Sequence record: SRR33789315_132
Length of the DNA: 64,000 nucleotides
Direction: 5' to 3' (one strand)
Shown here piece by piece: positions 50,142-60,786 of the stretch. The position numbers were made by a program, and so were the translations under genes. The notes under the pieces were generated by a model. The model did not search any database, was not told where the DNA came from, and saw only the letters and a program-made list of their open reading frames with translations. The first letter of the stretch is position 1. Each line of letters opens with the position of its first letter.

Positions 50142-50201
50142 CGCCTGCGAGGCAGGCTCCTAGTGCGATGCTTCGAGCATTAGGAGTCTTCCCCGCAGGC
50201 G
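50142..50201. terminator. Long imperfect hairpin downstream of ibpA
   Basis: 25-nt arms CGCCTGCGAGGCAGGCTCCTAGTGC / GCATTAGGAGTCTTCCCCGCAGGCG, 4 mismatches. Confidence 0.6.
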
Positions 50202-50213
50202 ATGCCGCAAAAA

Positions 50214-50669
50214 TTACGCGGTTTTGTTATCGATCAATTGCGCAGTCTTACCATTAATCGCGATTTGACGTGGCTTCATAGCCTCGGGCAGTTCGCGCTC
50301 AAGATCGATATTCAACAAGCCATTCTCTAGGCTAGCGCCAGTGACTTTAACGTGGTCCGCCAACTGGAACACGCGCTCAAAATCACGGCCTGCAATGCCT
50401 TGATGCAGGAAGTTGCGCTCCTTGCCATCGTCAGCTTTCTTGCCGCGGACGGTGAGGGTGCGCTGTTCGGATTGAATCTGCAGTTCGTCGTCCACAAAAC
50501 CGGCAATGGCCATGGTAATGCGGTACTTATCTTTACTCAGCAGCTCAATATTGTAAGGGGGATAACTGGGTTGGCTTTGCTCACGCTGCGTGACGGAGTC
50601 GAGCAGGGAAGTAAGGTGATCGAAGCCAATTGTAGAGCGGTATAGGGGTGCAAAATCAAACGTTCTCAT
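50214..50669 (-). CDS. ibpA: Small heat-shock protein IbpA/Hsp20
   Basis: DF.PLYRS.IGFD, YPPYNIE, LHQGIA.R.FER.F.LA, NGLL.I.L, P..KPR.I.I. Confidence 0.93.
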   Translation of the reverse strand: MRTFDFAPLYRSTIGFDHLTSLLDSVTQREQSQPSYPPYNIELLSKDKYRITMAIAGFVDDELQIQSEQRTLTVRGKKADDGKERNFLHQGIAGRDFERVFQLADHVKVTGASLENGLLNIDLERELPEAMKPRQIAINGKTAQLIDNKTA

Positions 50670-50673
50670 GATG

Positions 50674-50694
50674 TATATCCTCGTAAGCAATATA
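50674..50694 (-). promoter_or_regulatory. ROSE-like RNA thermometer hairpin
   Basis: Minus strand TATA-TTGCT-TACG-AGGA-TATA: UUGCU opposite the SD AGGA. Confidence 0.75.
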
Positions 50695-50768
50695 AGTTTT
50701 AAGTTGAAAGCCCATCCGAAGATCGAGCTCTACGGCAAATCTCCTAGGAGCATCTGCCGTTGTTTCCT

Positions 50769-50796
50769 TTATGTGGTCGTGTGTTTTATTTTCAAG
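50769..50796 (-). promoter_or_regulatory. Sigma32 promoter of ibpA
   Basis: Minus strand CTTGAAA-N13-CCACATAA. Confidence 0.75.
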
Positions 50797-50869
50797 AGGA
50801 ATGTTGAAGATTTATTTGGAGGGTGTGTGGTTTGGTGGTTGGTTCGCGGGGGTTGTTGCTTCGATTGAC

Positions 50870-50987
50870 GCGCTTCGCTGCACGGTAAAGCGCTGCAGGA
50901 GACGCCACAAGCACATCCATGTGGACTCGACGAACGCCATCCCTGGCGTTCGACGCTCCTGCATCACTTCACCGCACAGCGAATCGC
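50870..50987 (-). repeat. Structured palindromic intergenic element (MITE/REP-like) with two GGA-loop hairpins
   Basis: 31-nt terminal arms enclosing CACATCCATGTG and CGAACGCCATCCCTGGCGTTCG. Confidence 0.7.
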
Positions 50988-51049
50988 TGTTTTTGTGCGG
51001 GCTGCTCGTGAGATTCATTTGAAAGCGAGAATCTCTGTCTTATTGCTGA

Positions 51050-52498
51050 TTAGATAACCAATAGGTCCATGAATTCGTGGACTGGCGTGGCTTCTAGGGC
51101 TTTCTGGTCTTTACATAGCTTGAAGATTTTCTCGACTCTTGAGGCTGGGAATCTCGTGGCTAGATTGTTGCGGAACTTGCGCTCTAGTAGCGGGATGCCT
51201 TCTTCGCGTCTTCTTCTGTGACCCACAGGGTATTCCACTTCTACTTTCTCCGTTGAGCTGCCGTCTTTGAAGAAGACTTGCAGGGCGTTGGCGATGGAGC
51301 GCTTGTCTGCCTCTAGGTATTCCTTGGTGTAGCGTGGCTCCTCTATGATCTCCATCTTGTCGCGCAGGATGTCAATGATGGGGTGTGCCTTGTGGAATTC
51401 GTCTTCGTAGTTTTCGGCGATTAGGTCGCCGAATGCCAAGGGCACGGCGGTCATGTATTGCAGGCAGTGATCGCGGTCGGCGGGGTTGTTGAGTGGGCCG
51501 CTCTTGCTGATGATGCGGATGGCGGACTCGTGGGTGTGGATGACAATGCGGTCGATCTCGTCCAGGCGATCTTTCACTTGTGGGTGCAGGCGCACGGCGG
51601 CCTCCGCGGCTGTTTGCGAATGGAACTCGGCAGGGAAGGAGATCTTAAAGAGGATCTGCTCCATTACATAGCTGCCATAACCTTGGGTGAACTTGAACTT
51701 ATTGCCTTTGAACTGCACGTCGTAGAAACCCCACTTCGGTGCGCTTAATACGCTGGGATAACCGATCTCGCCGCGCATGGTCAGGTCTGCAAGACGCACC
51801 GCTCGCGAGGTGGCATCGCCCGCCGCCCAAGATTTGCGCGGGCCGGCATTCGGGGAGTGACGATAGGTGCGTAGGCTCGAGCCGTCTAGCCAGGCTTGCG
51901 AGAGGGCATCGATGATCTGCGATTGCGAGCCACCCAGCATCTGGGTGACCACGGCAGTGGAGGCCACCCTCACTAATAGTACATGGCATAGGCCCACGCG
52001 GTTGAAGCTGTTCTCCAATGCCAATACGCCCTGAATCTCATGGGCCTTGATCATGGCCGTGAGCACGTCCTTCATTAATAGGGGTGCCTTGCCTGCCGCG
52101 ACATTCTTCTGGGAAAGATAGTCTGCCACCGCCAATATGCCGCCGAGGTTATCGGACGGATGGCCCCATTCGGCCGCTAGCCACGTGTCGTTGTAATCCA
52201 GCCAGCGGATGATGCAGCCGATATCCCAAGCCGCTTTGACTGGGTCTAATCGGAACTGAGTGCCCGGTACGCGCGCGCCATGGGGAACGATCGTGCCCTC
52301 TACTAATGGGCCAAGCAGCTTCGTACATTCTGGAAAGCGCAGAGCCAACAGGCCACAGCCGAGTGTGTCCATTAGGCAATTGCGCGCCGTGTCGTAGGCC
52401 TCGCTTGAGTTGATTTGGTAGTCGGTAATGTATTGCGCGATATCGACAAGCTCCTGGTCTGGGGCTGGTCTTTCGTTGAATTCCACAGTAGCTGACAT
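51050..52498 (-). CDS. prpD: 2-methylcitrate dehydratase
   Basis: [48 protein letters not shown]. Confidence 0.97.
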   Translation of the reverse strand: MSATVEFNERPAPDQELVDIAQYITDYQINSSEAYDTARNCLMDTLGCGLLALRFPECTKLLGPLVEGTIVPHGARVPGTQFRLDPVKAAWDIGCIIRWLDYNDTWLAAEWGHPSDNLGGILAVADYLSQKNVAAGKAPLLMKDVLTAMIKAHEIQGVLALENSFNRVGLCHVLLVRVASTAVVTQMLGGSQSQIIDALSQAWLDGSSLRTYRHSPNAGPRKSWAAGDATSRAVRLADLTMRGEIGYPSVLSAPKWGFYDVQFKGNKFKFTQGYGSYVMEQILFKISFPAEFHSQTAAEAAVRLHPQVKDRLDEIDRIVIHTHESAIRIISKSGPLNNPADRDHCLQYMTAVPLAFGDLIAENYEDEFHKAHPIIDILRDKMEIIEEPRYTKEYLEADKRSIANALQVFFKDGSSTEKVEVEYPVGHRRRREEGIPLLERKFRNNLATRFPASRVEKIFKLCKDQKALEATPVHEFMDLLVI

Positions 52499-52653
52499 GC
52501 TAATTCTCTCGGGTCGGGTTGGGAGGCGCTATGGTAGCGGAAAAAGGCGTGTAACAAAATTTCGGCCGATTTATGGCGGCATCGAAAAACCTGAACTAAC
52601 TTAAAAGTGAACACACGGAACGTGTTTGTAAAGCCTGAGACGGACCTTGGGCG

Positions 52654-52719
52654 GGGTCATGGTCCGGGCGTGCTTCCCTAAACCCCATGACCCAACCGGG
52701 GGCAGCGCGGCTGCCCCCG
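52654..52719. repeat. Double hairpin in the prpC-prpD spacer
   Basis: GGGTCATGG...CCATGACCC and CGGGGGCAGC-GCG-GCTGCCCCCG. Confidence 0.6.
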
Positions 52720-52733
52720 ACCTTTTTATCAAA

Positions 52734-53858
52734 TCACCGATCCGAAATATCCACCCACTCCGCCGTTGCCGGCCCCGTGTAATCCGCGCTCGGGCGAATG
52801 ATGCGGTTGTTCGCGCGTTGCTCCTTCACGTGGGCCGCCCAGCCAGTAACGCGCGACATCACGAATATCGGCGTAAACAACTTAGTGGGGATGCCCATGA
52901 AGTGATAGGCCGAGGCATGGAAGAAGTCCGCATTACAGAACAGTTTCTTCTCGCGCCACATCACTTCCTCGCAGCGCACGGACACAGGGTAGAGCTCCTT
53001 ATCACCCACATATTCGGCTAGTTTTTCTGCCCATTGTTTAATAATCACGTTGCGCGGATCAGAATCCGCATAGATCGCATGGCCAAAACCCATGATCTTC
53101 TCTTTGCGCGCCAGCATGCCCATGATCTCGCGCTCTGCTTCATCCGCGCTATGCCACTGCGCGATCATATCCATCGCCGCCTCGTTCGCGCCGCCATGCA
53201 AGGGGCCGCGCAGCGAGCCGATGGCCGCCGTAACGCAGGAATGTATATCCGAAAGCGTGGAGGCGCATACCCTAGCCGTGAAGGTAGACGCATTGAACTC
53301 GTGCTCGGCGTACAGGATTAAAGACACATTCATCACTTTGGCAAACAGCTCATTCGGCACCTCGCCACTGAGCATGTGCAGGAAATGCGCGCCGATGGAA
53401 TCGTCTTGAATAGCGGTGTCGATGCGCACCCCATCGTGAGAGAAGCGATACCAATAGCAAATAATAGAGGGCAGTGTGGCTAACAAGCGGTCGATCGCAT
53501 CGTCCTGCTCGTCGAAGCTCTTCTCTGTTTCCAGATTGCCCAGCATCGAGCAGCCAGTGCGCATCACATCCATTGGGTGCGCGTCGGCGGGGATGCGCTC
53601 CAATACTTCTTTTAACGCTTTAGGAAGCTCGCGTAATGATTTGATTTTGTTAGTATAGACATCTAACTCTAGCTGCGTGGGCAGGTGGCCGCGCAGCAGC
53701 AGGAATGCCACTTCCTCAAACCGCGCTTTCTCGGCAAGTACGCTGATATCGTAGCCCCGATAAGTGAGGCCAGAGCCGGTTTTACCTACGGTGCAAAGGG
53801 CGGTTTCGCCGGCGACCTGACCGCGAAGGCCCGCGCCTGAGAGGGGTTTTGTTGCCAT
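52734..53858 (-). CDS. prpC: 2-methylcitrate synthase
   Basis: GAGLRGQVAG, LTYRGY, YAEHEFNASTF, GPLHGGANE, MGFGH. Confidence 0.97.
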   Translation of the reverse strand: MATKPLSGAGLRGQVAGETALCTVGKTGSGLTYRGYDISVLAEKARFEEVAFLLLRGHLPTQLELDVYTNKIKSLRELPKALKEVLERIPADAHPMDVMRTGCSMLGNLETEKSFDEQDDAIDRLLATLPSIICYWYRFSHDGVRIDTAIQDDSIGAHFLHMLSGEVPNELFAKVMNVSLILYAEHEFNASTFTARVCASTLSDIHSCVTAAIGSLRGPLHGGANEAAMDMIAQWHSADEAEREIMGMLARKEKIMGFGHAIYADSDPRNVIIKQWAEKLAEYVGDKELYPVSVRCEEVMWREKKLFCNADFFHASAYHFMGIPTKLFTPIFVMSRVTGWAAHVKEQRANNRIIRPSADYTGPATAEWVDISDR

Positions 53859-53886
53859 GGTGAATTCCTATTTATTCAGATGATTG

Positions 53887-53931
53887 TGTGGGAGCGCTTG
53901 CCCCCCCCTTACGAGGGCAAGCGCTCCCACA
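53887..53931. repeat. REP-like inverted repeat between prpB and prpC
   Basis: TGTGGGAGCGCTTGCCC...GGGCAAGCGCTCCCACA, perfect 17-bp stem starting with GTGGGAGCG. Confidence 0.75.
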
Positions 53932-53964
53932 GGTGGTTTCTGTAAGATTTTTGGTGGGCAATGC

Positions 53965-54846
53965 CTAATCTTTATCAAACAGCTTATCCAATTTCTCTTC
54001 GTAAGCATGATAGCCCAGCACCTCATACAGCTCCGCGCGGGTTTGCATCAGCTTCACCACCGAGCCCTGATCGCCGTCTTCCATAATGCCCGCATAAACT
54101 GCCTCCGCCGCCTTACTCATCGCGCGGAATGCACTCAACGGATACAGCACCATCGCCACGCCGGCCGCGGCAAGATTTGTCTTGTTATAAAGAGGGGTAG
54201 CCCCGAACTCCGTAATATTCGCAAGAATCGGCACATGCACCGCCTCAGAAAACTGGCGGTATTGATCCAGATCCGTAATTGCCTCAGGAAAGATCGCATC
54301 CGCGCCTGCTTCGACACATGCGATGGCACGCTCAATCGCAGACTCGATACCCTCAACCGCAATCGCATCGGTGCGCGCCATGATCACAAAGTCGTGGTCG
54401 ATCTTCGCATCCACCGCGGCCTTGATGCGATCCACCATCTCACTCTTACTCACGATCGCCTTATTAGGCCGATGCCCGCAGCGCTTCTGCGCCACCTGGT
54501 CCTCCAGATGCACCGCCGCCGCGCCTGCCTTCTCCATCGCCTTAATAGTGCGGGCAATATTGAACGCGCCACCCCAGCCAGTATCGATGTCCACCAGTAG
54601 TGGCAAATCAGTAGCGCTGGTGATGCGATCCACATCGGTAATCACATCGCTCAGGCTAGTCATACCCAAATCCGGCAAGCCATACGACGCATTCGCCACC
54701 CCAGCGCCAGAAAGATAAAGCGCCTGATGCCCAGCGCGCTGCGCCAGCATGGCCGAATAAGCGTTAATCGCGCCAACGATTTGCAAAGGAGAATTAGCTT
54801 GCAGCGCCTGATGAAAACGGGCGCCTGCGGACAGAGGAAGTGGCAT
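53965..54846 (-). CDS. prpB: 2-methylisocitrate lyase
   Basis: YLSG.GVA...[39 protein letters not shown]. Confidence 0.97.
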   Translation of the reverse strand: MPLPLSAGARFHQALQANSPLQIVGAINAYSAMLAQRAGHQALYLSGAGVANASYGLPDLGMTSLSDVITDVDRITSATDLPLLVDIDTGWGGAFNIARTIKAMEKAGAAAVHLEDQVAQKRCGHRPNKAIVSKSEMVDRIKAAVDAKIDHDFVIMARTDAIAVEGIESAIERAIACVEAGADAIFPEAITDLDQYRQFSEAVHVPILANITEFGATPLYNKTNLAAAGVAMVLYPLSAFRAMSKAAEAVYAGIMEDGDQGSVVKLMQTRAELYEVLGYHAYEEKLDKLFDKD

Positions 54847-55133
54847 GCTGGGATCCTTATGAACGTGCGAGAAATCAGCCAGCAAGTTAACGGAAAGTGG
54901 GGGGGATGTAAATTGGAGGGATTGTTAAGAAAATGAATAGAGCCCACTTCTGATCACTTTTTGAGCGAATCAATTCAGAGTAGATAGTTTATCCTCAAAA
55001 AAAAGCCCTACCCCCAGAAGTAGTGGTGGTAGATGACCTCTATAGGTTGTATTATTCCGGCACATAAAATTAGCTGATTCATAGGCTTAAACCGTAAAGC
55101 GCACTAAACGCATAAGCAAGAAGTTAAAGGAAT

Positions 55134-56024
55134 ATGACAGTGATAAACTCGCCATGCAAAGGCATTGTTTTGGCCGGTGGCAGCGGCACACGTTTGTACC
55201 CCATTACGAAAGGTGTTTCGAAGCAACTTCTTCCAGTCTATGACAAACCTATGATCTATTACCCCATGTCGGTTCTCATGTTAGCCGGCATTCGGGATAT
55301 TCTTGTTATCACCACCCCTGAAGACATAGCTTCTTACCAGCGTTTACTTGGCGACGGTTCTCAGTATGGAATCAATCTTACTTTTGAAATTCAGCCAAGC
55401 CCTGATGGTTTAGCACAAGCGTTCATTATCGGTGAGAAATTTATTGGCGATAGTCGAGTTTGCCTAGTATTAGGAGATAACATCTTTTACGGGCAAGGTT
55501 TCACTGGGAAGCTAGAAGAAGCCGCTGCGAGAGAGAGCGGGGCTACTGTGTTTGGCTATCAGGTGAAAGACCCAGAGCGTTTTGGAGTTGTTGAATTTGA
55601 CAATAACAAGCGCGCCATCTCTATCGAAGAGAAGCCTTTAGTAGCAAAGTCTAACTTTGCCATCACCGGCCTTTACTTCTATGACAACGACGTAATTGAG
55701 ATTGCCAAGAATGTTAAGCCATCCGCTCGAGGTGAGCTGGAAATCACCACTGTTAATCAGACTTATATGGAGCGGGGTGATTTGAACGTAGAAGTGCTTG
55801 GCCGAGGTTTCGCTTGGCTCGATACCGGCACCCACGAAAGCCTGCTAGAAGCCAGCATGTTTGTTCAGACTGTGGAGCATAGACAAGGTTTGAAAATTGC
55901 TTGTCTTGAAGAGATTGCCTGGCGTAAGGGTTGGTTGAGCGACGAAGAGTTGATACAGCGTGCCAATAACCTAGCTAAGAATGGCTATGGGCAATATATG
56001 AAGAGCTTGATAGGTGGTTTTTGA
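55134..56024 (+). CDS. rfbA: Glucose-1-phosphate thymidylyltransferase
   Basis: [49 protein letters not shown]. Confidence 0.97.
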   Translation: MTVINSPCKGIVLAGGSGTRLYPITKGVSKQLLPVYDKPMIYYPMSVLMLAGIRDILVITTPEDIASYQRLLGDGSQYGINLTFEIQPSPDGLAQAFIIGEKFIGDSRVCLVLGDNIFYGQGFTGKLEEAAARESGATVFGYQVKDPERFGVVEFDNNKRAISIEEKPLVAKSNFAITGLYFYDNDVIEIAKNVKPSARGELEITTVNQTYMERGDLNVEVLGRGFAWLDTGTHESLLEASMFVQTVEHRQGLKIACLEEIAWRKGWLSDEELIQRANNLAKNGYGQYMKSLIGGF

Positions 56025-56249
56025 TCGATTTCACATTTCTTGATAGTGGAGCTGGCAGTCGTATGAGCACATGGTACAAAGTGTCCTTGGTGTAAATGCT
56101 ATATTGGCCGTTGTTTTAGCCTCGTGCACTAGTAAGTAAACCGTACCAAATTTAGTGAGAAGTTTTCAGCAAACAGAAGGCAAGTTTAAAGAACTGTAAT
56201 TGGCGCAAACAGAACAGCCTGTATTTATTACCTAAACAAATATTTTTAC

Positions 56250-57530
56250 ATGAGTTACCGAATGATTAACCGAACAGCACGCTTATTTATCGTCCTCCTA
56301 TTAACGATGCTGCTAACAGGCTGCCTTGTTCCAGGTAGTAATATCGATCCCGATCAATATAGTGCCGGTAATCAGCAAGGTAACTGGTTTGAGGTCAACC
56401 AAGGGGTGTGGTTCCCAAGTTTTCGACAAGGCGCTGTTGGTGCTGGTAGCGATACCGAAGAGGACCGAAAAGAGGTTGAAGATCAGGTTGATGTAGTCAC
56501 TATTACTTCTCAACTAATTGCGACGCAGCAACGTGAAGCTACGATCAATAACGCTGTACCTGCAGCGATGCCCGCCAGCCTGCAGCAGCAGATAGCCAAC
56601 TACGAATACCTCGTAGACAAAGGCGACATGCTGCAAATTACCGTTTATGACCACCCGGAACTTACCAATCCTAGTGGCAGCAATAACAACAATGTAGAAA
56701 ACTCCGGTATCACCATAGAGAATGACGGCACCCTTTATTATCCCTATATCGGCAAAGTTAGCGTTGCAGGTTTGAGCGTGGATGAAATCCGCGAGGCGAT
56801 CGCGACGCCTTTAGCGGAATTCATTACAGATCCACAAATATCTGTAAGAGTCGTCCGTTTTAACGCAAAACGTGCTTATGTTACAGGGCAAGTGAACGAA
56901 CCGGGTCCCCAGTCCATAACAAACGTTCCGTTGACAGTGTTAGACGCGATTGCGCGAGCAGGGGGGTTGAGTGAAGATGCCAATTGGCACGAGGTGCTGC
57001 TTTCCCGCAACGGAATTGAAACCAGACTGTCTGTTTACGAAATGCTTAATAATGGTCGATTAGGCCAAAATATGTTGCTGCAAAACGGAGATGTCTTGCA
57101 TGTTCCGGTAACGGGTCAGCAGCAAGTTTACGTATTGGGTGAGTTGAACCGCGTCAACGCATTAGCGATGGGCAATATCCGCATGTCGCTTACGGAAGCA
57201 TTGACTAGAAGTGGTGGCTTGAACCAAGTCACCTCCAACGCTGAAGGAATCTTTGTAATCCGACCCCGCTCAATCAACCCCAGCGTTATCGAAACAGCCG
57301 CAGTAACCAGCACGGCCAATACTGGTGTTACAGATAGCAAACTCGGCACCATTTACCAGTTGAACGTGAAAAACGCGGTCGCATTTGCTGTGGGTTCGCA
57401 ATTTATGCTACAGCCCGGTGACATCGTCTACGTGACGACTGCGCCAGTGACGCGCTGGAACCGTGTGATCAGTCAGATCATACCCAGCCTGAATGCGTTG
57501 ATCACAGCAGACAGAATAGGGACGCTTTAA
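56250..57530 (+). CDS. wza: Polysaccharide export lipoprotein Wza
   Basis: Lipobox LTGC, GD.L.ITV.DHPELT, DG...YPY.G, LQP.DIVYVT.AP..RWNR.I.Q. Confidence 0.93.
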   Translation: MSYRMINRTARLFIVLLLTMLLTGCLVPGSNIDPDQYSAGNQQGNWFEVNQGVWFPSFRQGAVGAGSDTEEDRKEVEDQVDVVTITSQLIATQQREATINNAVPAAMPASLQQQIANYEYLVDKGDMLQITVYDHPELTNPSGSNNNNVENSGITIENDGTLYYPYIGKVSVAGLSVDEIREAIATPLAEFITDPQISVRVVRFNAKRAYVTGQVNEPGPQSITNVPLTVLDAIARAGGLSEDANWHEVLLSRNGIETRLSVYEMLNNGRLGQNMLLQNGDVLHVPVTGQQQVYVLGELNRVNALAMGNIRMSLTEALTRSGGLNQVTSNAEGIFVIRPRSINPSVIETAAVTSTANTGVTDSKLGTIYQLNVKNAVAFAVGSQFMLQPGDIVYVTTAPVTRWNRVISQIIPSLNALITADRIGTL

Positions 57531-57555
57531 GATATGGGCACAGCAAAGAGCAACT

Positions 57556-58002
57556 ATGAGTCCATACAATAATATTCTGGTCCTGTGCCAAGGCAATATC
57601 TGCCGCAGCCCGGTCGCTGAAGCATTGTTGAAACGGCAGTGGCCGACCAAGCAAATACAGTCAGCAGGTCTCACCGCCATGGTTGGTCACGGCGCTGACG
57701 CGACAGCGGCTCAGATAGCCAGCGCTGATCAGTTAGATCTGTCCGCGCACAATGCGCGGCAGGTGACATCAGATATGTTGCAGTGGGCCGATTTAATACT
57801 GGTGATGAGTCAGGGGCAGCGCAGCCAAGTAGGTCAGTTGACCCCTGAAGCCATGGGCAAAACACTGTTGTTGGGGCATTGGTTGGATTTGCCGGGGCAA
57901 CAGAAAGACATCCCGGACCCCTACAAAAAAAGCCGAGATGTTTTTGAACATGTTCATAAACTGCTGGCACAGGGCGTTGCCCTATGGTCAAACAAAATTT
58001 AG
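57556..58002 (+). CDS. wzb: Low-molecular-weight protein tyrosine phosphatase Wzb
   Basis: CQGNICRS, ADLILVM, DIPDPY. Confidence 0.95.
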   Translation: MSPYNNILVLCQGNICRSPVAEALLKRQWPTKQIQSAGLTAMVGHGADATAAQIASADQLDLSAHNARQVTSDMLQWADLILVMSQGQRSQVGQLTPEAMGKTLLLGHWLDLPGQQKDIPDPYKKSRDVFEHVHKLLAQGVALWSNKI

Positions 58003-58036
58003 CGTAAGTTGACAACAAGGTTCATTCAAACTCCTT

Positions 58037-60355
58037 ATGACAGATACTACAAGCACCACACAGCCATCCCGCAATAAGAATGTCCAGCAACAAAATGCCG
58101 ATGATGAAATCGATCTGGGCTATCTTCTCGCTGTCTGTCTAGACAACAAGTGGCTGATCATTATTATCACCTCCTTGGTAACCTTAACTGGTGCCGCATA
58201 TGCCTGGCTGGCCACCCCAGAATATCGGGGCGATGCCCTGCTGCAGGTAGAGCAGCGCCAAAACAACTTAGGCTCTTTGGACATGGCTTTGTTGGGTCAG
58301 GAGCAAACTGCGTCTAGCACCCAGACTGAAATCCTAAGCTCACGCATGATTATGGGCCAGGCGGCCCAACAGGCGCGATTGGATCTGGTTGTCACTCCCA
58401 ATTATTTTCCGTTGATTGGTGCGACACTCGTTCGCCGGGGTAAAGAGCGGCCGGATTGGTCGCAGGGCAGTGAGTATGCTTGGGCAGGTGATGATGTCAC
58501 GGTAGATGAATTGAGAGTAGAAGATCTGCTGTTGGGTCAGGCCCTGACGCTCACCGTTACCGGCCCCGACACTTACCAGTTGTCTCAACAAAATGGCCGG
58601 ATCATCGGCAATGGACAAGTTGGTGTGCTTTTTAATAGTGAAACACCTTTTGTTGAATTGCGCGTCGGTCGTATCAATGCCCCAGTCAATGTTAAGTTTA
58701 CGCTGATCAAACGCAGCGATATCCAGATGACGCGCAATCTGCAAGGACGCTTCAGCGTGGTGTCACGCGGCCGTGACACCGGTATTCTGGAGCTTTCTCT
58801 GGTTGGCCCTGATCGCGCCGAACTGCAACGTTCTTTGGATGCCATCTCCGATGTCTATTTGGTGCAGAATATCAACCGGCAAGCTGCCGAGGCCGAAAGC
58901 CGACTAGAGTTTCTAGAAGAACAGACACCAATGATTCAGGACGATCTAAACAGCGCGGAGAATCGCCTGAATGAATATCGCGCCAACCAAGACAGTGTGG
59001 ATCTAAGTTTTGAAACCCGCACAATGCTTGAACGCATGGTCGGGCTGGAAACCGAACTGAACAGCCTGCAGATACAGGAAAGCGAACTGGCGCAGCGTTT
59101 TACTCCCAGCCATCCAAGCTATAAATCTTTGCTTGAAAAACGCAATCAGTTGCAGGGTGAACAGCAGCGGCTGGAAGCCGAAGTCAACAACCTGCCTGAA
59201 ACCCAGCGGCAAGTATTACGCCTGAATCGTGATGTCGAAGTCAGTCAGCAGATTTACATGCAGATGCTCAATGCCACTCAAGAACTGCGTATCGCCCGTG
59301 CCGGTACCGTAGGTAATGTGCGTATTCTAGACCGAGCGCTGGTGGGTAATACCCCCATCGCCCCTCGCACTAATCTGATTCTGGTGATCAGCCTGATGGC
59401 TGGCCTGATGCTGGGGCTGATGGTGGTGTTGATCCGCCACATGCTCCACCGAGGCATTACTTCAGTAGAAGAACTACAGGCATTGGGATTGCAAGTGTAT
59501 GCCACGATTCCGCTGTCCGAGCGGCAGTTAAAGATTTTTGACCGCTTCTCTGATAAAAAAACCAAACATCGTTTGCGGAAAACACTGGGAAAAACACTGG
59601 GTGACCAGGTAAACAGAGTGATGGGCAAACCCCGTAAAAAACATCAAAGTGACGAGGAAAATGGAGTTCTGGCACTGATTGACCCAAGCGATCTGGCCAT
59701 TGAGGCACTACGCAGCCTACGTACCAGTTTGCACTTTGCCATGCTGGAAGCGCCCAATAACCGCCTGATGTTGACCGGTCCCAGCCCCGCAGTAGGTAAA
59801 AGTTTTATTTCCACCAATTTGGCTGCTATCTGTGCGCAGGGAGGTCAACGTGTTTTGTTAGTAGACGGTGACCTTCGCAAGGGACATATCCATCGCTCAT
59901 TTGGTGGCTATAGCGAAGACGGGCTAAGTGACTACCTGGTGGATGATATTACGTTGGAGCAACTGATCCGTGAAACTGAGCAAGAAGGTCTGGAATATGT
60001 GGCCCGTGGTACTGCGCCACCTAACCCTTCCGAATTATTGATGAGTCAGCGCTTTAATCAGTTTCTACAACAAATGGGTGAACAATACGATTTGGTGATC
60101 ATCGACACTCCGCCGGCACTGGCGGTAACCGATGCCGCCATAGTGGGCAAACAAGTAGGAGCTTCGCTGATGATCACCCGCTTCCGTGAGAACAACCCCA
60201 AAGAAATAGAGCGCGCTTTACAACAACTGGAAGGCGCAGGTGTGGTAGTCAAAGGCAGTATTCTCAATGCTATAGAGCGCAGTGCGTCATCGTACTACGG
60301 TTACGGTTACGGTTACGGTTACTACCACTACGCCTACAAGTCTGATGAAAAATAG
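58037..60355 (+). CDS. wzc: Tyrosine autokinase Wzc
   Basis: DEIDL, 2 TM, EALRSLRTSL, GPSPAVGKS, DGDLRK, DTPP, C-terminal Tyr cluster. Confidence 0.96.
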   Translation: MTDTTSTTQPSRNKNVQQQNADDEIDLGYLLAVCLDNKWLIIIITSLVTLTGAAYAWLATPEYRGDALLQVEQRQNNLGSLDMALLGQEQTASSTQTEILSSRMIMGQAAQQARLDLVVTPNYFPLIGATLVRRGKERPDWSQGSEYAWAGDDVTVDELRVEDLLLGQALTLTVTGPDTYQLSQQNGRIIGNGQVGVLFNSETPFVELRVGRINAPVNVKFTLIKRSDIQMTRNLQGRFSVVSRGRDTGILELSLVGPDRAELQRSLDAISDVYLVQNINRQAAEAESRLEFLEEQTPMIQDDLNSAENRLNEYRANQDSVDLSFETRTMLERMVGLETELNSLQIQESELAQRFTPSHPSYKSLLEKRNQLQGEQQRLEAEVNNLPETQRQVLRLNRDVEVSQQIYMQMLNATQELRIARAGTVGNVRILDRALVGNTPIAPRTNLILVISLMAGLMLGLMVVLIRHMLHRGITSVEELQALGLQVYATIPLSERQLKIFDRFSDKKTKHRLRKTLGKTLGDQVNRVMGKPRKKHQSDEENGVLALIDPSDLAIEALRSLRTSLHFAMLEAPNNRLMLTGPSPAVGKSFISTNLAAICAQGGQRVLLVDGDLRKGHIHRSFGGYSEDGLSDYLVDDITLEQLIRETEQEGLEYVARGTAPPNPSELLMSQRFNQFLQQMGEQYDLVIIDTPPALAVTDAAIVGKQVGASLMITRFRENNPKEIERALQQLEGAGVVVKGSILNAIERSASSYYGYGYGYGYYHYAYKSDEK
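60296..60319 (+). repeat. (TACGGT)4 microsatellite in the Wzc Tyr cluster
   Basis: Four perfect copies encoding YGYGYGYG. Confidence 0.9.
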
Positions 60356-60459
60356 AACCGCTTCCGGCCCCTTTTTTTGTTTCACCCTTTTTTAGTGTTG
60401 TAAAAGTATGTACCAAGCATTAGCATGTTCAATCATTGAACGCACAACAGAAAAACAAC

Positions 60460-60786
60460 ATGCTAACCGACGATGCCCGCTACAATATCCTCAAACGGCT
60501 GCAAGGCAATCCCGAAATCAGCCAGCGCCAGCTAGCGGAAGAGCTGGGCTTTAGTCTGGGCAAAATCAATTACTGCCTGAAAGCTCTCATCGACAAAGGC
60601 CTAGTCAAAGGCAAGAATTTCAGCAAAAGTAAGAATAAACGCCGCTACTTGTATATTCTTACGCCTGCTGGGCTCGAGAACAAAGCATCGTTGACTAAGC
60701 GATTCCTGACACGCAAGCTGTCAGAGTACCAATCCCTACGTGAAGAAATTGAAGAGATCCAGAAGGAACTGGAGGCTATAAAATGA
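60460..60786 (+). CDS. EPS-associated MarR-family regulator
   Basis: NPEISQRQLA.ELG.SLGK.NYCLKAL..KG, Y.Y.LTP.G...K..LT..FL..K..EY. Confidence 0.9.
   Translation: MLTDDARYNILKRLQGNPEISQRQLAEELGFSLGKINYCLKALIDKGLVKGKNFSKSKNKRRYLYILTPAGLENKASLTKRFLTRKLSEYQSLREEIEEIQKELEAIK

Noticed and set aside
50812-51022. Short ORFs on both strands between ibpA and prpD
   Set aside because: They coincide with the palindromic element; no protein features
56049-56095. GGCAGTCGTATG as an ops site and MSTWY mini-ORF as a second rfaH remnant
   Set aside because: Several mismatches to ops; the ORF is only 10 codons
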